Below, piece after piece: positions 13,126 through 26,556 of a DNA stretch of 64,000 nt. The notes beneath the pieces are model-generated. The model was given only the letters and a program-made list of their open reading frames with translations. It ran no database searches and had not been told where the DNA came from. Numbering within the stretch: position 1 is the first letter of the stretch; every line of letters begins with the position of its first letter. The stretch is from contig MU054391.1 of the NCBI GenBank assembly GCA_013239625.1, forward strand, positions 7,287,095 through 7,351,094, given 5' to 3'. The stretch comes from Lama guanicoe (Eukaryota). The position numbers and the translations under genes are program-made.

Positions 13126-13974
13126 TGTTTGAATCACTCCACTCAACCTCCTCTCTCCCCCTGTATAGTCTATTAAACATTTGACTCCTTTATGCCCTGA
13201 CTCCCACTTCTCTCCAAAGTTTTAACCCCTCAGCTAACACTCCTGTGTTTGTCTGTCCAGCATTCCCCGTCCAGCTGTGTGGCTCTCACAAGAGCTGCCG
13301 TATTGGGTCATGACTCTGTTCCTGACCACAGTTACTGCTTCGTGTGGCTTCTTGGTCAAAGGCGACCAGTGAATTCTGCTTTTTTTCCCCTGTATTGCCA
13401 GGGCCTTGTGGACCATTGACAGTCACCTGACTTATGTGAATTTAATTAAATAAACTCAGAAATAGCCTATATTGTTGGTTGTTAGTTGTCTGCTTTTTCC
13501 TAACTTTTCCTTTTCTGATTCTTTGGGAAGGATGTCTTCCTGGAATCCTCTCACTTTTCTCCAGATACAGGGCTACTTGCTACCATTGGTCATGCAGTGG
13601 TCCCTTCCTCAGTGCTGAGCTCTGACCCCATCCAAGCAGACCACCCTCCTGTTAGTCCCCCTTGCCCGTCCAGCCACTGAACCTCCATCTGAAACAGAAT
13701 TCTGCTTTGTTCTCTCGGCCCACAGCCCCTGAGGCCCTTGGGCCATCTTCATGGCTCTTTCTCAAACATGCTGTTCGTGCGTTCGTGTGTTTTCACCATG
13801 AGACCCCAAGTTTTGTTGGTGGCAGGAGCTGTGCCCTGGGCCTGTTTCTGTCTCCACTCCACCAGCAGCCAGGCTGGAGCTCTGCTCAGAGAAGGGCCTT
13901 CAGAGAATCCAAATAAAACATAAAAATAAATGAATGGGAAAGAAGTTTGCTTCAGAATGTGTGGTGCTGTTTTA

Positions 13975-14195
13975 GTGAGTGGAAATTCCAAGGAGACAGA
14001 TTTCGGCTCAAAGGAAGAATTGTTTTTAATAGCCTGAGAGACTCAGTGACAGACGGGGCCGCCCAGGAAAGGAGTGAGCTGGCCCTCTCACGTTGGCTCA
14101 GAGGTGGATGGACATCCACGGGGATGCCTGCTGGACAGGAGAGTCAAGGATGGTCGGGCGATGGGTTGACCTGGTCAGCACTTTCCAAGCGTTTG
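13975..14195 (+). mobile_element. L3/CR1 LINE 3' end
   Basis: ggagacagatttcggctcaaaggaagaa...gagtgagctggccctctcac...gggttgacctggtcagcactttccaa resembles the L3 terminus. Confidence 0.7.
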
Positions 14196-14220
14196 TGAAC
14201 ATGAACCAAGTAATGTCCTT

Positions 14221-14425
14221 TGTATCTGAACCGTCGTAGTGGCTCAGGTGCTGTAACAAAATACCACAATGGGGTGCCTTAGACAGTAGAAATTTATTAT
14301 CTCACAGTTTTAGGAGCTGGGAAGTCCAAGACCAAGGTGCCAGCAAGGTTGGTTTTTGGTGAAAGCTCTTTCCTTGGCTTGCAGACAGCTGCCTTCTCAC
14401 TGTATCCTCACGTGATAGAGGATGA
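14221..14425 (-). mobile_element. MaLR LTR fragment (MLT1A/B-like)
   Basis: gctgtaacaaaataccaca...aaatttattatctcacagttttaggagctgggaagtccaagaccaaggtgccagca. Confidence 0.85.
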
Positions 14426-14999
14426 GACTGAGCTTGGTTTCAGAAATGAAATGATGTTTCTTTAGAACCCACCTAGGACATCACACTTCCTCCTTGAAGG
14501 TCCCTCCCAGTCTTGAGACTCTAGAATTCTTGTTCTACCGTCAGAGGGTGGGTGGGTGCGTGGGGGCAGGAGCGGGGACCCCCACGATCTGTGTCCGTGG
14601 TTCTGAGCATCACTGGGACTCCTCATCACACAGCCCATTCAAACTCCACCTCCTGTCTCCAGCCTCCTCTCCTTTCACACAGGGACCCCGGGGCTTCTGT
14701 GTTTCCTCCATCAGCCATCCCAGTCCTTTGTGGACTAAAAACGTGTGGCAGCATCGTGCCCACAGGTTAGGTCAGGGGGCTCCCATCCGTGCTGTCCCAT
14801 CACCTCCAGCTGCTTGGATCCAAACAGCATCTTCTTTGCTTTCATTGTTCCCGGAGCAGACTGTGGCAGCTCCAGGGTAGGAATGATGTCTCTCCAGGGT
14901 CTTGCACAGACTCGGGACCTAAGTCACCAGTGAGCACGTCAGTAACCAAGTGAAGATACCTTTTGTGATAATAATATGTCTACTGCTACTACTGCTACT

Positions 15000-15250
15000 A
15001 ACGGCAACAGTGATGAACTTCACTGTGTAACTGCCGAATGCCAGCTACTTTTAAGAGCTTCCTGAATTTCTTTCGCTTAATCTTCACATTAGCATGATGA
15101 TGGAGGTCCTCTTCTGCTCTCCATTTTTGAGATGGGGCTACTCAGTCAGAGGGGTTAGGTAACCGGCTCGCTCACGGTCACTCAGCTGAGAAGTAGCAAA
15201 CACGAATTTAAATGCCCTTGCTGCAGAACCCATGGTCTTCGCTGCTCTGT
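15000..15250 (-). mobile_element. MIR SINE
   Basis: ttaatcttcaca...ccatttttgagatgggg...tcagaggggttaggtaac. Confidence 0.7.
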
Positions 15251-16494
15251 ATACAGTCATGTCAGTCCCGCTGACTCCTGTCCTGTGTCCCACATTGGGC
15301 TCGGGGCCTCAGCTGAGTATTAGGTAGAGCTGACATTGACCCCACTGACATCCCACCATTCCTTCCTGGGTATTGTAGAGACTGGATTCGGTTCTGAGAG
15401 CCTCTCAAAGCTCTGATTATACTGTAGGTTTATGCTGGTTTGGTTTCAAATCATGAGGCAAGGAGGAAGCTGTCTCAAACTCCTGCCAGTCTGTTCTGCC
15501 CAGCTAACCTCTTCCCACAAGAGCTGTGCCTCCTTTAGTGGGACGCCTGAAGCCTGGAAGAACCTTCAAATCAAGCAGCCAAGTCTCATTCAGCCTTCAA
15601 AGGCTCTCCTCAACTGAATGCCAGATCCCAGTGTCAGATCCCGGTCCAACGTGTGCAAACCGCACAGCTCCAGGGCGGCTGAGGCCATGGAATACTAAGT
15701 CAAGATCAAGTGGTTTAATACCAAAGGAAAACATTTTCAAAGTTTTGTTAGAGAGAAAGTAAAACAGGGATGATATCGAATTCTCCAGCTCACTAATTCA
15801 TTTCTGTTTGGTCAGCTCTTGATAGGATGTGATGTCTGAGTGTCCCAGCCCACAGGTTTATAGTCAAAGAGGTCAGTGTTTTTATGCGGATCAAGTAGAC
15901 GCCAGAAGACAGACTTGGACCCACGTTAGCACCCAGAGAGGAGTTTTTCCATCCATACCAGGTCCTGGGGTAGTTGATTTTGCATAGGTTTTCTTGTTAA
16001 TCTTCGCAGCCACTCTATAGAATCTAATATTTTTGGCCACATTTTATAGATTTGGGAATAGAGTTTGTAGAAGTGGGAAGAGAAATAACATTGTATTGGT
16101 CCTAAAAAGTGAAAGGGAATGCCCTGATTCTAAGTCCAGTACTCTGGAATCATGCTCTCAGGTTCAAATACATCCTTCCTCTCTACTTTCAAAGGTTCCC
16201 ACCACCAAAGCAGTGCTCCATGCTGGGCACAAGAGAGGAGGGCAGTTCCTTGTGGAGATGCTGCTGGGGCTGATTGGCCCTGCCCTCTCCTGGGTACCTG
16301 TGAGCACCACAAGACCGCGCTGTCCAGGCTCCTTTCTCATCGGCCTGAGTTTGCGCTGATGCAGTGTGAGCAGAACTGATGTGTGTATATGCAGTTTGGG
16401 GTCCTGAGAACCAGACTCTGAAATAGAGCTCAACACTTACAATCCTCACCTCATTTACCTTTTCAGTAGAAAGAATTCCAAGGACCTAGGGAAG

Positions 16495-16640
16495 GTTAGA
16501 GCCACAACATGAAAGGAGTCTGGGTCCCTGAATGACTGCGTGGGGCAGAGCGCCCCAGACTGAAATGAGCAGCAAATAAACCCTTGCTGGGTTAAGTCAG
16601 AGATTTGGGGTTTGTGACTTAGAGCAGTTGGCTTACCTTG
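16495..16640 (+). mobile_element. Old MaLR LTR fragment (MLT1H/J/K-like)
   Basis: gagccacaacatgaaaggagtctgggtccctgaatgactgcgtggggcagagc...aaataaaccc...ttaagtcagagatttgggg. Confidence 0.7.
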
Positions 16641-17895
16641 GTATTGTCCGAGAGGAATGGTTGAGGCGAACCCTGAGAAGAATTGGGGTTGGCAGAGATT
16701 TAACATCATCTCAGAGTGAGGAGAGATGTACAGCCATAGCCTTAAGGAGCAGAATGAGGATTCCTCTCGCTGATCCTCCTTTGTAGACAGACGTCTCTGG
16801 TAAGGCCCACCACGACCCCTGCAGAGTGGAGAAGTTGAAGTCTCCAGCTTTGAAATTCAGCCCCGTGCTGTGCTGGGGGCCCTACCCTGCCTGACAGTGA
16901 CCCATCCAGGTAGGGCCGAAGCCACAGAATCTTAGTTGTTGGCGAGGAGGTGGGGAAGCATCCCCTGATGGGTCACAGACACCCCCAAGGCATGCCGAGC
17001 TGACTTGGTTAATGACGGTGTAGCCAAAGCTTTTCCTGTCTCAGTTTTCTGAGTCCCAGATTCCCAAGATGAGCAGGAGGAAGGAATCCAGACTTCTAGA
17101 AACAGCTTGTCATCCCACCTGCCTGCAGCACTGGGTGTTTCATGTGGGCTGGCTGGAGATGAGGCAGGAGCCGACCTCGGAGCTTTCCAAGTGCCATGCC
17201 GATGAGTTTGGTCTGAATGAGGCAGGCAAAGGGGTGGCAGTCAACGGCAGTAAGAAGAGCTGCTCCGTCAGGACTGCGATGTCTCATAGCCAGAAAGGTG
17301 GCTGTGGGGAGGCACATGGCCTGAAACAGAGCAAGTTTATAGAGGGCACTGGTCCAAAGTGGAGATAGTAATGAGGGCAGGATGCAGAGAGCAGCAAAGT
17401 AGCGGAAGTGCTGCTCGGCGTGGGGTAGGGGTGATGCGCTGCAGGTGAGGGATGCTTGGGAGGAGGTGCAGAGAAGACGATTCAGGGACTGGGGGTGAGT
17501 CCAGGCTAATTAGGGTGGAAAATTCCGTAGCATCCTCGTTGCCTCCCTCAGGACACAGGCTGTGCTTTTCTCAGCTCTGCAGTGGCAGTGAGCGCCTGGC
17601 GGAGTGCGTGTGGGCTGGATTGAGTACATTACTGGAACCTCACGCAGCTTTTCCGAGCCATCTTCTACGTCTCTTGGTTCCCATGGCTGCAACTTCAGCA
17701 AATCAGTTCTTTTGCTCGGCCTGAGTTTCCGTGCATGAGCATGCTTGCCTGAGGTTCCTAGAATTCTGGCAAGGACTCAGATGCCACAGAGAACTTGGCT
17801 TCTGTCCTAAGGCAGCTCTCAGTGGCCTGGGCAGGTAGGCTGTGATGTCACAGGCAGAGGGCACTGTCTGGAGCTACCCATTGGATGCCCAGGTC

Positions 17896-18076
17896 CAGGG
17901 TTGCTAGATTTAGCAAGTAAAAATGCAGGACACCCAGTCAAACATGTGAATTCAGATAAAAAAATGAATACATTTCTAGTATCACTGTGTGCCACACATT
18001 GCATGGAACATACTTGTTTGTTGTTTATCTGAGATTCAGGATTAGCTGGGTGTCCTCTGTTTCCTTGGCAGGCTTG
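17896..18076. mobile_element. MER53 palindromic hAT-type MITE
   Basis: cagggttgctagatttagcaagtaaaaatgcaggacacccag...tcagataaa and its inverse tttatctga...ctgggtgtcct. Confidence 0.85.
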
Positions 18077-18676
18077 CCCGGGTCCCTCTGTCCTAATTTG
18101 CGTGGACAGAGGGGCTTGGCTGATGTGGGGGAGCTCCCCCTAGTACCTAGAAAGAGCTCGGCTGTCTCTAAAACAGGGGGCTCCAGACCCCATGCTGACC
18201 AAGCCCGGATTCTTCTCACCAGCAATTCCCTCACACTTTCTTTCATTCAGAAACCTCAGCACAAGGTGATGGCAGGTGGGGAGGGCAGCCGGGCTGCCAT
18301 CCATCACTGCCACTGTCAGGGCGGGCTAGCAGAGCCGCCTGGTTCCAGCGCATTAGTGACCATTACGTTCCTAATGAAGATTTGTGGCGCTGCTGGAAGA
18401 GGCTTCAGCCACGTTGTCTCTGGTAGGCAGGGTTGGGGGCGCCCTCAGGCGGAGCTTATGGGAATGGAGCTTCTAGGGACTGGAAGAGCTGAGAGGGATG
18501 AGTAGAAAGGAGGAGAGAAGAGAGTGGGAGCTGGAGAGGGGTCTGAGCTGAGGGGAGAGCTGAGAGGGCAGGAAAGAAGAGGCATGTGGGGTGTGGGTTC
18601 TGAGGCCAACAGGCCGAGGGCACAGGTAGGCAGGCAGGAGCCCCTGATGACAGCGAGAAGCCAGCAGTTCAGGGAT

Positions 18677-19175
18677 GGCTGGTTTCCTTGGGCAGCTGTG
18701 ACATGTCGCTGCAAACTTGGTGCCTTAAAACAGCAGAAATGTGTTCTCTCACACTCTGGAGTCTCCAAGTCTGAAATCAGTTTCATGGGGCTGAAACTGA
18801 AGGCAAGGTGTGGACAGGACTGAGCTTCATCTGGAAGTTCTAGGGGAGAATCCATCCCTTCTGTCTTCCAGCTCTTGGTGGCCCAGCATTCCTTGGCTCA
18901 TGGCCCCATCACTCCGATCTGTGCCTCCACCATCACGGGGCCTCCCCTCTTCTGTCTTGGAATTCCCTCTGTTTCTCTCTTAGAAGGAGATGTGTGACTG
19001 CATGAATGACCCACCAGGACAATCCAGGATAAGCTCCTCCTCTCAGTATCATAAATTTAATCACTTGATTTGCCATGTAAAGTGATAGTCACTCTTTTGC
19101 CATGGAAAGTGTTATTTTGTGGTCCAGGAATCAGGGCGTGAACATGTTATTTTGGGAGTCACCATTCTGCCCACT
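18677..19175 (-). mobile_element. MaLR solo LTR (MLT1C/D/E-like)
   Basis: aaacttggtgccttaaaacagcagaaatgtgttctctcac...ctaggggagaatcc...cattccttggctcatggcccc...aatccaggataa. Confidence 0.85.
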
Positions 19176-19949
19176 CCTTGGTGTGAGGAGAGTCAGATCA
19201 TCACGCCAGGGTGGGGAAGGTTCCTTCAGGAGTCAGCTGGAACCCCTACCCAAGCTTTTATTCACTTCCCTGCATTTTAATGCCTCAAAGCCAAGGCAGA
19301 ATAATTCACACACTCTATGGACGGAGGTATTCTTCTGGGAAGAGCATTGGCTGGGAGTCCTGGCTCTGCCTTTGACCTCCAAGTGACTGAGGGGACTGGT
19401 CATGGCCCTCTTTGGGACTGTCTCACCTGCTATAAATACAGATGTTGGATTGCATGGTCTCTGAGGGCTCCTCTGACCCAGGGACCAGTTGGTGACATCC
19501 AGTCTGATTTCATATGAAGAATCTGAGGTCCCTGGAAATCTGTTTCATCAGAGAGTGGAACCCAACCTCGGTTGTGGTCCAGGCTGAGCTTTGGGTCTGA
19601 GCTCATGGCTTGTTCTGAGCAGCTCTTTATAATTCAGAACTGAGGCCATAATTCAACCCGTAGTTGACCTTGTAGCTAAGAAAGTTTCACTGAAGACACG
19701 TCCTGACTTAGTAGCCCAGCGCAAATCTGGATCAGCAGAGAGGCAGCCGGAGCACAGTGAAATTGGACATGCCGCTGAGCTTTTCAATTTCCTCATTTAA
19801 AAATTGAGGATATTTTGAGGGTTGTTGATTAATAAGAATAAGAAGTCAATAAATGCAAAGCACTAGAATATTTGGCTGCGTGTGGGGCTTAGCAAATGGT
19901 AACTGTGGCCCTGAGGGCTCCCTGCAAAGGCATCTCCTCTTACCTGTCT

Positions 19950-20300
19950 TAGGACTATGTACCGTGTTCCTTTAGCTCAGAGCATCCTTCTCCTAGACGC
20001 ACACAGAGTTCACTCCTCTCTTCCTCCAGGTGACCTCGGCCAGGCCACCTTCTTAGAGAAGCCTCCCCACACATTCTATCCAAACTCTCAGCCCCTTTCC
20101 CTGCTTTATTTTTCTCCCTGGAACTTGTCACAATGTAACTTACTCTACATTTTACATATTTATCTTATTACTTGTCTGTTTCCTCTACTAAAATGTAAGG
20201 TTCATGAGGTCAGGGATTCTAGCCTATTTTACCACTGCTGAATTCCCACTTGAAACAGTGCCTGGCACACAGTAAGCGCTCACAAGAATTTGTGAGATGA
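19950..20300 (+). mobile_element. L2 LINE 3' region
   Basis: ctaaaatgtaaggttcatgagg...aacagtgcctggcacacagtaagcgctcacaagaatttg. Confidence 0.85.
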
Positions 20301-20304
20301 AGGA

Positions 20305-20615
20305 TTGAGTGAGAGAGAGAAAGGAATGCTCTTGGAGCCGCTGTGCAGAGGACAGAATGCGGGGAGGGAAGGACAGAGGCAAAGGGACCAATTAAGAGGC
20401 GACAACAGCCAGGCAAGCGCTGTGGCTAGGAGCTCGGATGAAGCAGGGTGGCAGCAGAGAGGTGGGGTGGGGTGGGGATGTGGGGGGGCATCAGATGGCG
20501 GACGTGACAGAAAGGGAGGCATCCAGGAGGACTCCGGGTTGTCTGAAGCAGGTGGGTAAATGGGGCTTTCGTTTACTGAGCTGGGATCTCTGGGGAAAAG
20601 CAGGTTTGTGATGCT
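20305..20615 (-). mobile_element. L2 LINE fragment
   Basis: ggaccaattaagaggc...ggatgaagcagggtggcagcagagagg...ggaggactccgggttgtctg...tttactgagctggg. Confidence 0.65.
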
Positions 20616-20809
20616 TGCGTCCAGGGGTCTCTAACTTGGGAGACATGGAGGAGAGTGAACTGTGCCGGCATCCGAGGAGTGGTCTGCTTCAGCCTTCAAG
20701 ATGAGTTCACTGTTTGACCTGAAGCAATGTGCCTCACCTCCCTGGGCTGAGGACTCTTCAGCCACAAAGCAAGGGAGAGAGGGTGAATTAGAGCCCGTCT
20801 GAGATCCTT

Positions 20810-21040
20810 GGGCAGGCAGCGTGGGACAGTGGAAAAGCTAGGCTTCGGAATTAGACAGATCTGGGCTCTGATCTGAGTCTTAGTTAATCTCCTTGGACTC
20901 AATTTCCTTATCTCTAAAATGAGCTGGGGTAGCTCTGACCTCATAAAGCTGCTGTGAAGTTCAAGTGATAAAATGTCTCTAAGTGCCAAACACTTTGCCA
21001 GGGACACAGTAGAAAATCAGTCTTTGCTAATTTTCTCCCT
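20810..21040 (+). mobile_element. MIR SINE
   Basis: ggcagcgtgggacagtggaaaagc...agacagatctgggctc...ctcaatttccttatctctaaaatg. Confidence 0.85.
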
Positions 21041-21729
21041 CTGATCTCACTGCGGTTTCACAGTCCCCACTAGCCACCTGCCTCTCAGCAGGTGGAAGTG
21101 CACTATCTTACGAGGTTCATAATGCTCTTTTACCTGTGCATGTCTGAGAAACTTACCATTTCAATGCAGATATGCCCCACGGATTATTGTGAAAGACCAT
21201 TAAACATGTATCAAATAAAAACACTAACAGGAAGATCTATTGCTTTGCACACTTGCTTGAATATATTACATAGAAAGAGTAAGAATTATTCTCCTTCTCT
21301 GCCATCACCTTTCCGTTCGATTTTCTCACACCAGGTGTTCGGATCCCAGAGAGAAAACTTCCTCTCCTCAGTCTGACATTTTCCACTGTGTTGATACATA
21401 CCCAGTGGAGTGATTCTGCAAAAGATGGTGCCACTCACAGCTCCAACCTGAATGAAGTTGCTCCCCAAATTCTATTTATGTCATAATGAATATATTCAAG
21501 TTAATAGTGTCAAAGCCGCAGTAGGCACACCTGCAGCTAAGAGTGCAGTGTGGATCTGGAGTGATTCTGAATTTTCCTTCCACAAAAATAATTTTGGCAG
21601 CTTGGGATCAATATCTTCCTCCCATATGTTTCATATTCTCTATAAAGTATAATTGAAGACACCCGTCTCAGCAGTGCTTTTCGGCGTGAATGCATTCAGA
21701 AATTCTAAAAAGGTAATTTGGAAAGGAAG

Positions 21730-21975
21730 GAAACTAACATTTGGCTTGCGTCTACCATGTATCAAGGCTGTGTTATGCACCTTTGCATATGTTATCTCAT
21801 TTAATTTCCACAACAACTCTGTGAGAAAGAGAGTATCAGGCCTCCCTTTGCAGGAGACTGGGGCTCAGAGAGGTTAAGTTACTTGCCTAAGATCACACAG
21901 TCATTAGCAGTGCACAGCTGGGATCTGAAGCCTGTGTTGTCTGACTCCACAACTTGAGGTCTTGAATGTTATCTT
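21730..21975 (-). mobile_element. MIR SINE (near full length)
   Basis: tctcatttaatttccacaacaactctgtgag...gctcagagaggttaagttacttgcctaagatcacacag. Confidence 0.9.
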
Positions 21976-22134
21976 GCACTCCCGCTACTCCATCTCTAAT
22001 TCTCCACCCCTCCCACGTCCAGGCCTCTTTTCATTGAGAACATGGACTAAATCATTGGAGAAACCCGAAACTCTGAGACCAGATTTGGAAAGAGCTTTCT
22101 TGGCCCCAAACTGACACTTGGACCACTTCCATTT

Positions 22135-22404
22135 CATCTTTAGTCAGACCGCGTCAGTGTCCTTATTTCCTTGTGTGTGAACGGAAACAAAGTTGGACGG
22201 AGGTGTCTGTGACCTTGGATCGAGGGAGATTTTGCCTCTATTCTAGGAAATGCATCTCTTTCTCCAGGAGGTGAGAGGGGAGCAATCCCTGCCAGGGGAA
22301 GCGGATTCTTTCCACTGCTGCTCTGACAGCCATCTCGGCAGTCCTCCCAGCCAAACTCTCTGGGCTGCTTCGTGTTCCGCTGCACAGTTCCTGTTGGGGT
22401 AAGA
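22135..22404 (+). promoter_or_regulatory. Candidate enhancer or alternative promoter with a downstream splice donor
   Basis: Unique sequence with TTAGTCA (22140), GCGTCA (22151), ETS cores (22165, 22181), TTCTAGGAA (22241) and donor-like GGG|GTAAGA (22399). Motif-only evidence. Confidence 0.3.
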
Positions 22405-24924
22405 TTTGGCTCTGGGTCTCCCCCCGCCCATTAATCTTAGTTTGTTGCTATAAAGAGACATCTTGAAACATTCAAGAAGTGAAGGAGGAGTTCATCCGTG
22501 TCACAGACAGCATGCTTCAAGGATTGCTATGCTGACAACCTGGCCAACTTGGATGTCAAAGCATATATCCTGGGAGGAAGTGGCCTTGGAGATTTTCCTT
22601 GCTTTTCAGTAGGTCTCTGTCATTACCTCCCAGTTTGTTCAGAGCAGCAATAATGCATTTGAACCCGTGGTATTCCCAGCTACCACGGTCCCCAGACCAA
22701 ATGCCTTCAGCATGACCACTGTATGAAGTCCTCTTCCTGGAGTTGGTGGATTTCTGTCAGTGATGGGGATTTCTGCCAGACCCAGAAAACTCACTGGCAA
22801 TCCCCTTGGCGTCCATGTAATTATTGTGATTCAGCTTTTGGGGCAGCTTCCCTGTATCAGGACCCACATCACTTCCGACTCTTGCACGTTTGTTAAACTG
22901 ATAAAGTCTGCTGGTCATTAAGTGTTCCCTAACATTTCCTATATTTCTGTTTTGGGGAACTCCAGGTAGGGGAGACGTTCTGACAATTGGAAACTTGGTT
23001 GAATGAGGAAGCATTCCTTAGGAAGTGGAGCACTTTTGACTTAGAGGAACCAGAGTCCTTAGATGGAGTGTTCCCTAGCTTCAGCCTCCAGGAAAATGCC
23101 CTCATGGGGGCCAGAAGAAAAGGGAACTAACACTAATTGGGTTCCTACAATTGAGTTCCTATCTTGATGACCTTGCTATCTACTTTATTTACATTGTCTT
23201 ATTTAATTTCTGGCAAGCATTCCCTGTTTTGCAGAAAAGGAAACTCAGGCTCAAGGAAGGTAAATAGGTGATAGTGTTGAAATTTCAAATAGAATTGGAC
23301 AGAAAGACTAAACAGAATTCATTGTCAGTCCGCTAAGATGTTTTACGGGGTAAGAGAGTTGAGGCAACTTGTTACTAGATTGGTTCGTCAAGATAGTGCT
23401 CCATTTCTTGAGGCAGACTCACATTAGCCAAATTCATAAAGGTTGATATAAAAACCATAATGTCAATGTATTAAATTAGAACAGGAGTCATACCTAGCAT
23501 AATGGCCAAAATACTTGCAGTGACCCAAATGGCATTTTCTCTTCTTGTGGGAAAGTTACATGGGAAAGTAAATTATAATTGGAAGGTTACTTGATGCAGA
23601 TGCTGTCAGAGTATGATAAGGTGATTATGCAGTATAAGTGTCCAGTGGCCTTGGGCTCTAGTGGCCTCTTCCATCCATTTTCATAATAGAGCTAAATTTG
23701 TCACAGAGACTGGACATATCGAACCTTGGACCTGGAATCCCTCCCCCTTGGTCCCTTCTGGCATGGGCACTACTCTGTGACTCTCCCTCCCTCCACTTCC
23801 AGGAATTACCAAGTGCCCCCTACTTAACTTCAATTATATTAATGTCTCTAGTTATTAATAGTGTATTTTTTTCCAGTTAACTTTCAACATCCCAGCTCTG
23901 ATCTGGTGTCTGTGGTGCTATTATTAACCCTGCTATTAACTTTATGTCTCTATTTCCCAAGTTGTTGGCAACCCCCATAGCTGTTCCCATGTAGAGATAA
24001 TTTCTATGCTGCAGGATTTGGGGGGAAGGCTAAGTGAGAGACAATGTATGGGAAAAGAGCCCAGGGCAAGGCAGCTGGTTAGTTCTATTCTTTTCTTTCC
24101 AAGAGCATTAAAACTACAAAAATGCCCTACTCAGATCTCTATCTCACTGACCTCAAAAGACAAAGTTAAATGATTATTTCTACTTCAAAAACTCATCCCA
24201 GACGGTGGAGCAAGGAGAAGTTCCCTCCTCACTTAAAAAAAAAAAAGGAGATTATTTTACTAATAATGATGGTCTCTCTTTCCACGTATATGACTTTGAT
24301 TACATTTTATAGGGTCTTTGAGTTGCAGACCACCTTTCTCAAATGTCGATGGAGTTGGTCACAATGTCATTGGGAGAACAGAAGCCATATCACTGGTAAA
24401 GGAGGACTTGACGTTTGCTTCTGCTCACATGGTAGCTTTAAGATAGGCTTTACTGCTGCCAGACTTCATTGTCTATGGGAATAGCTGAAGTTTGGGCTTT
24501 AGAGAGGGGTAAGAGCAAGAGAGATGCCACCTGATCACCCATGCAGGGCATCGTGATATTGATCCAGATAGACATCCAAGTTTGCTGCCTTCCAGACTTT
24601 GTCCGTTGAAAGTGTGAGGCAAGCATTTCGTGGTAATTAATATTATCATTAATAACTAACATTTCAAAGTGCTTCGTATTTCATCATCACATTTGATCTC
24701 TGATGAGGGGGTTATTAATTTTACTCCCATTTCATAAATTAAAAAAAATGACAGCAGATACATCATAGAGCCAATCAATTAGCAGAAAACATATCTCTAT
24801 TAACTCCTAATTCAGGACTCTCATCAGGATGCCGTGCTTTTTTTCTCATTTATATGCTTGAGTTCACCTCTGGCCCTTGAATGAGTTCAGTCTGAAGATT
24901 AGGAAATAAATAACAATGTGTCAC

Positions 24925-25310
24925 TGTGAGGGTTAATTTTATGTGTCCACTTGGCTAGGCCACAACATTTAGATATTTAGTTAAACATTATTCTAGATGA
25001 CCCTGTGAGGATAGTTTTTAGATGAGGTTAGTGCATCAATAGACTTTGAGTAAAGCAGAGCACCTTTAATAATGTGGTGGGCCTCATCCAATCATTTGAA
25101 GGCCTCTTATGAAAAGACTGACATCCCCGAAAGAAGAGGGAAGCCTGCCAGCAGACCGCATCTCAGACTCAAGCTGCAGCTCTCTTCTGGGTCCCCAGCC
25201 TGCCAGCCTCGCCTGCAGACTGTGGGCTTGTCAGCCTCCACAGTCATATGTGGGAGTCAGCTCCTTAAAACTGTCGGTTCTGTCTCTCTGGGGAACCCTG
25301 ACTGATAACA
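24925..25310 (+). mobile_element. MLT2 (ERV-L) LTR, MLT2D-like; 5' LTR of the composite element
   Basis: Starts tgtgagggttaattttatgtgtccacttggctaggcc; contains gtgggcctcatccaatcatttgaaggcc; ends ggttctgtctctctggggaaccctgactgataaca. Confidence 0.85.
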
Positions 25311-26556
25311 GATTTTGGTGCTGGAAAGTGGAGGTGCTGCTGTAACAAATACCTACCCATGTGAGGGTGGCTTTTGAACTGGGTAATGGGGAGAGGCTGG
25401 AAGAGTTTTGAGGTGATGTCAGGAAAGCCAAGACTGCCTTGAAGGGACTATTCATAGAAATATCGTGCTTCTGGGGAGGTCACAGATGGAAATGAGGAAC
25501 ACGTTATTGGAAACTGAAGAATGGTAATCCTTATAATAAAGGGACAGAGACCTTGGCCGAGTTGTGTTCCAGTGTTTTTTGCAAGGGAGGACTTGTCCAT
25601 GATTAACTTGGATGTTTAGCTGAGGAGATCTCTAAGCAAAGTGTTGGAGGTACTGCTATGTTTCCCCTGACCGCTTGTAGTAAAATGTGAGAGGTGAGAG
25701 ATGAACTAAAGAAGGAATTGTTAAGCCAAAAGGAACCAGAACTGTAAGATTTGGAAATTCTCAGCCTATCAGTATTGCAGAAAACAAGAAAGCATGATTT
25801 GGAGAGACCATCAAGGGTGTTGCTGGACAATCATTTGATTATAAAGAAACCACAGGTGTGACTCATGAGTTCAATTAACCATTTCAAGAGAATTGATGCC
25901 AGCTTGGACTGAAGTGGGGAGACGGGAGAGAGACAGGACAAAATGAAGGAAGGCTGTTGGACTTTTGAGACTTTACAGGGTGGATCAATAGAGTTACCTG
26001 GCTGTGAACATGTTTCTCCAAAGGCCCAGAAGGCAGTTCAGAGCAGGGCTGCCATCACAGGCTTAGAGGACGTAGGCCTGGGGGTGGGTGTTGGGGCTGC
26101 TTCCCCCTTGGTTTTATGGCGTGGAACTGGTGCCCAGGGCCTTGGGGAAGGGCTGCCTTCCGGTAGATGCAGAGAATGAGAATGGAGCCAAAGAGGGTTA
26201 TTCTCAAGCCTAAAATCTAATGGAATTTGCCTTGCTAGTTTTCAGACTTGCTTGGTACCTGCCACCCCTTTCTTCTTCCTGACTTTTCCCATCCGGGATG
26301 GGAATTGTCTATGCTCTGCTTGCCCTACTGTTGTATTTTGGAAGCAGATTACATGTCTGGTTTCACAGATTCACAGCTGGAGAGGAAATTTGCCTCAGGA
26401 TGCATCCTACCTTAGGTCTTACCCATACATGATTTATATTTATATTTAGATGAGATTTTGAACTTGGAGTGGATTAAGACTTTGGAGGGGGCCTGTTGGG
26501 ATGGGGCGAATGTATTTTTGTTATGTGAAAAGAACATGTGGGACTAGAGGGTGAAA
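25311..26556 (+). mobile_element. MaLR internal region (MLT1-int/MLT-int-like), decayed
   Basis: Begins gattttggtgctggaaagtgg; contains ttgaactgggtaatggggagaggctggaagagttttgagg, atggaaatgaggaac and tagctgaggagatctctaagca; purine-rich tract before the 3' LTR. Confidence 0.85.
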
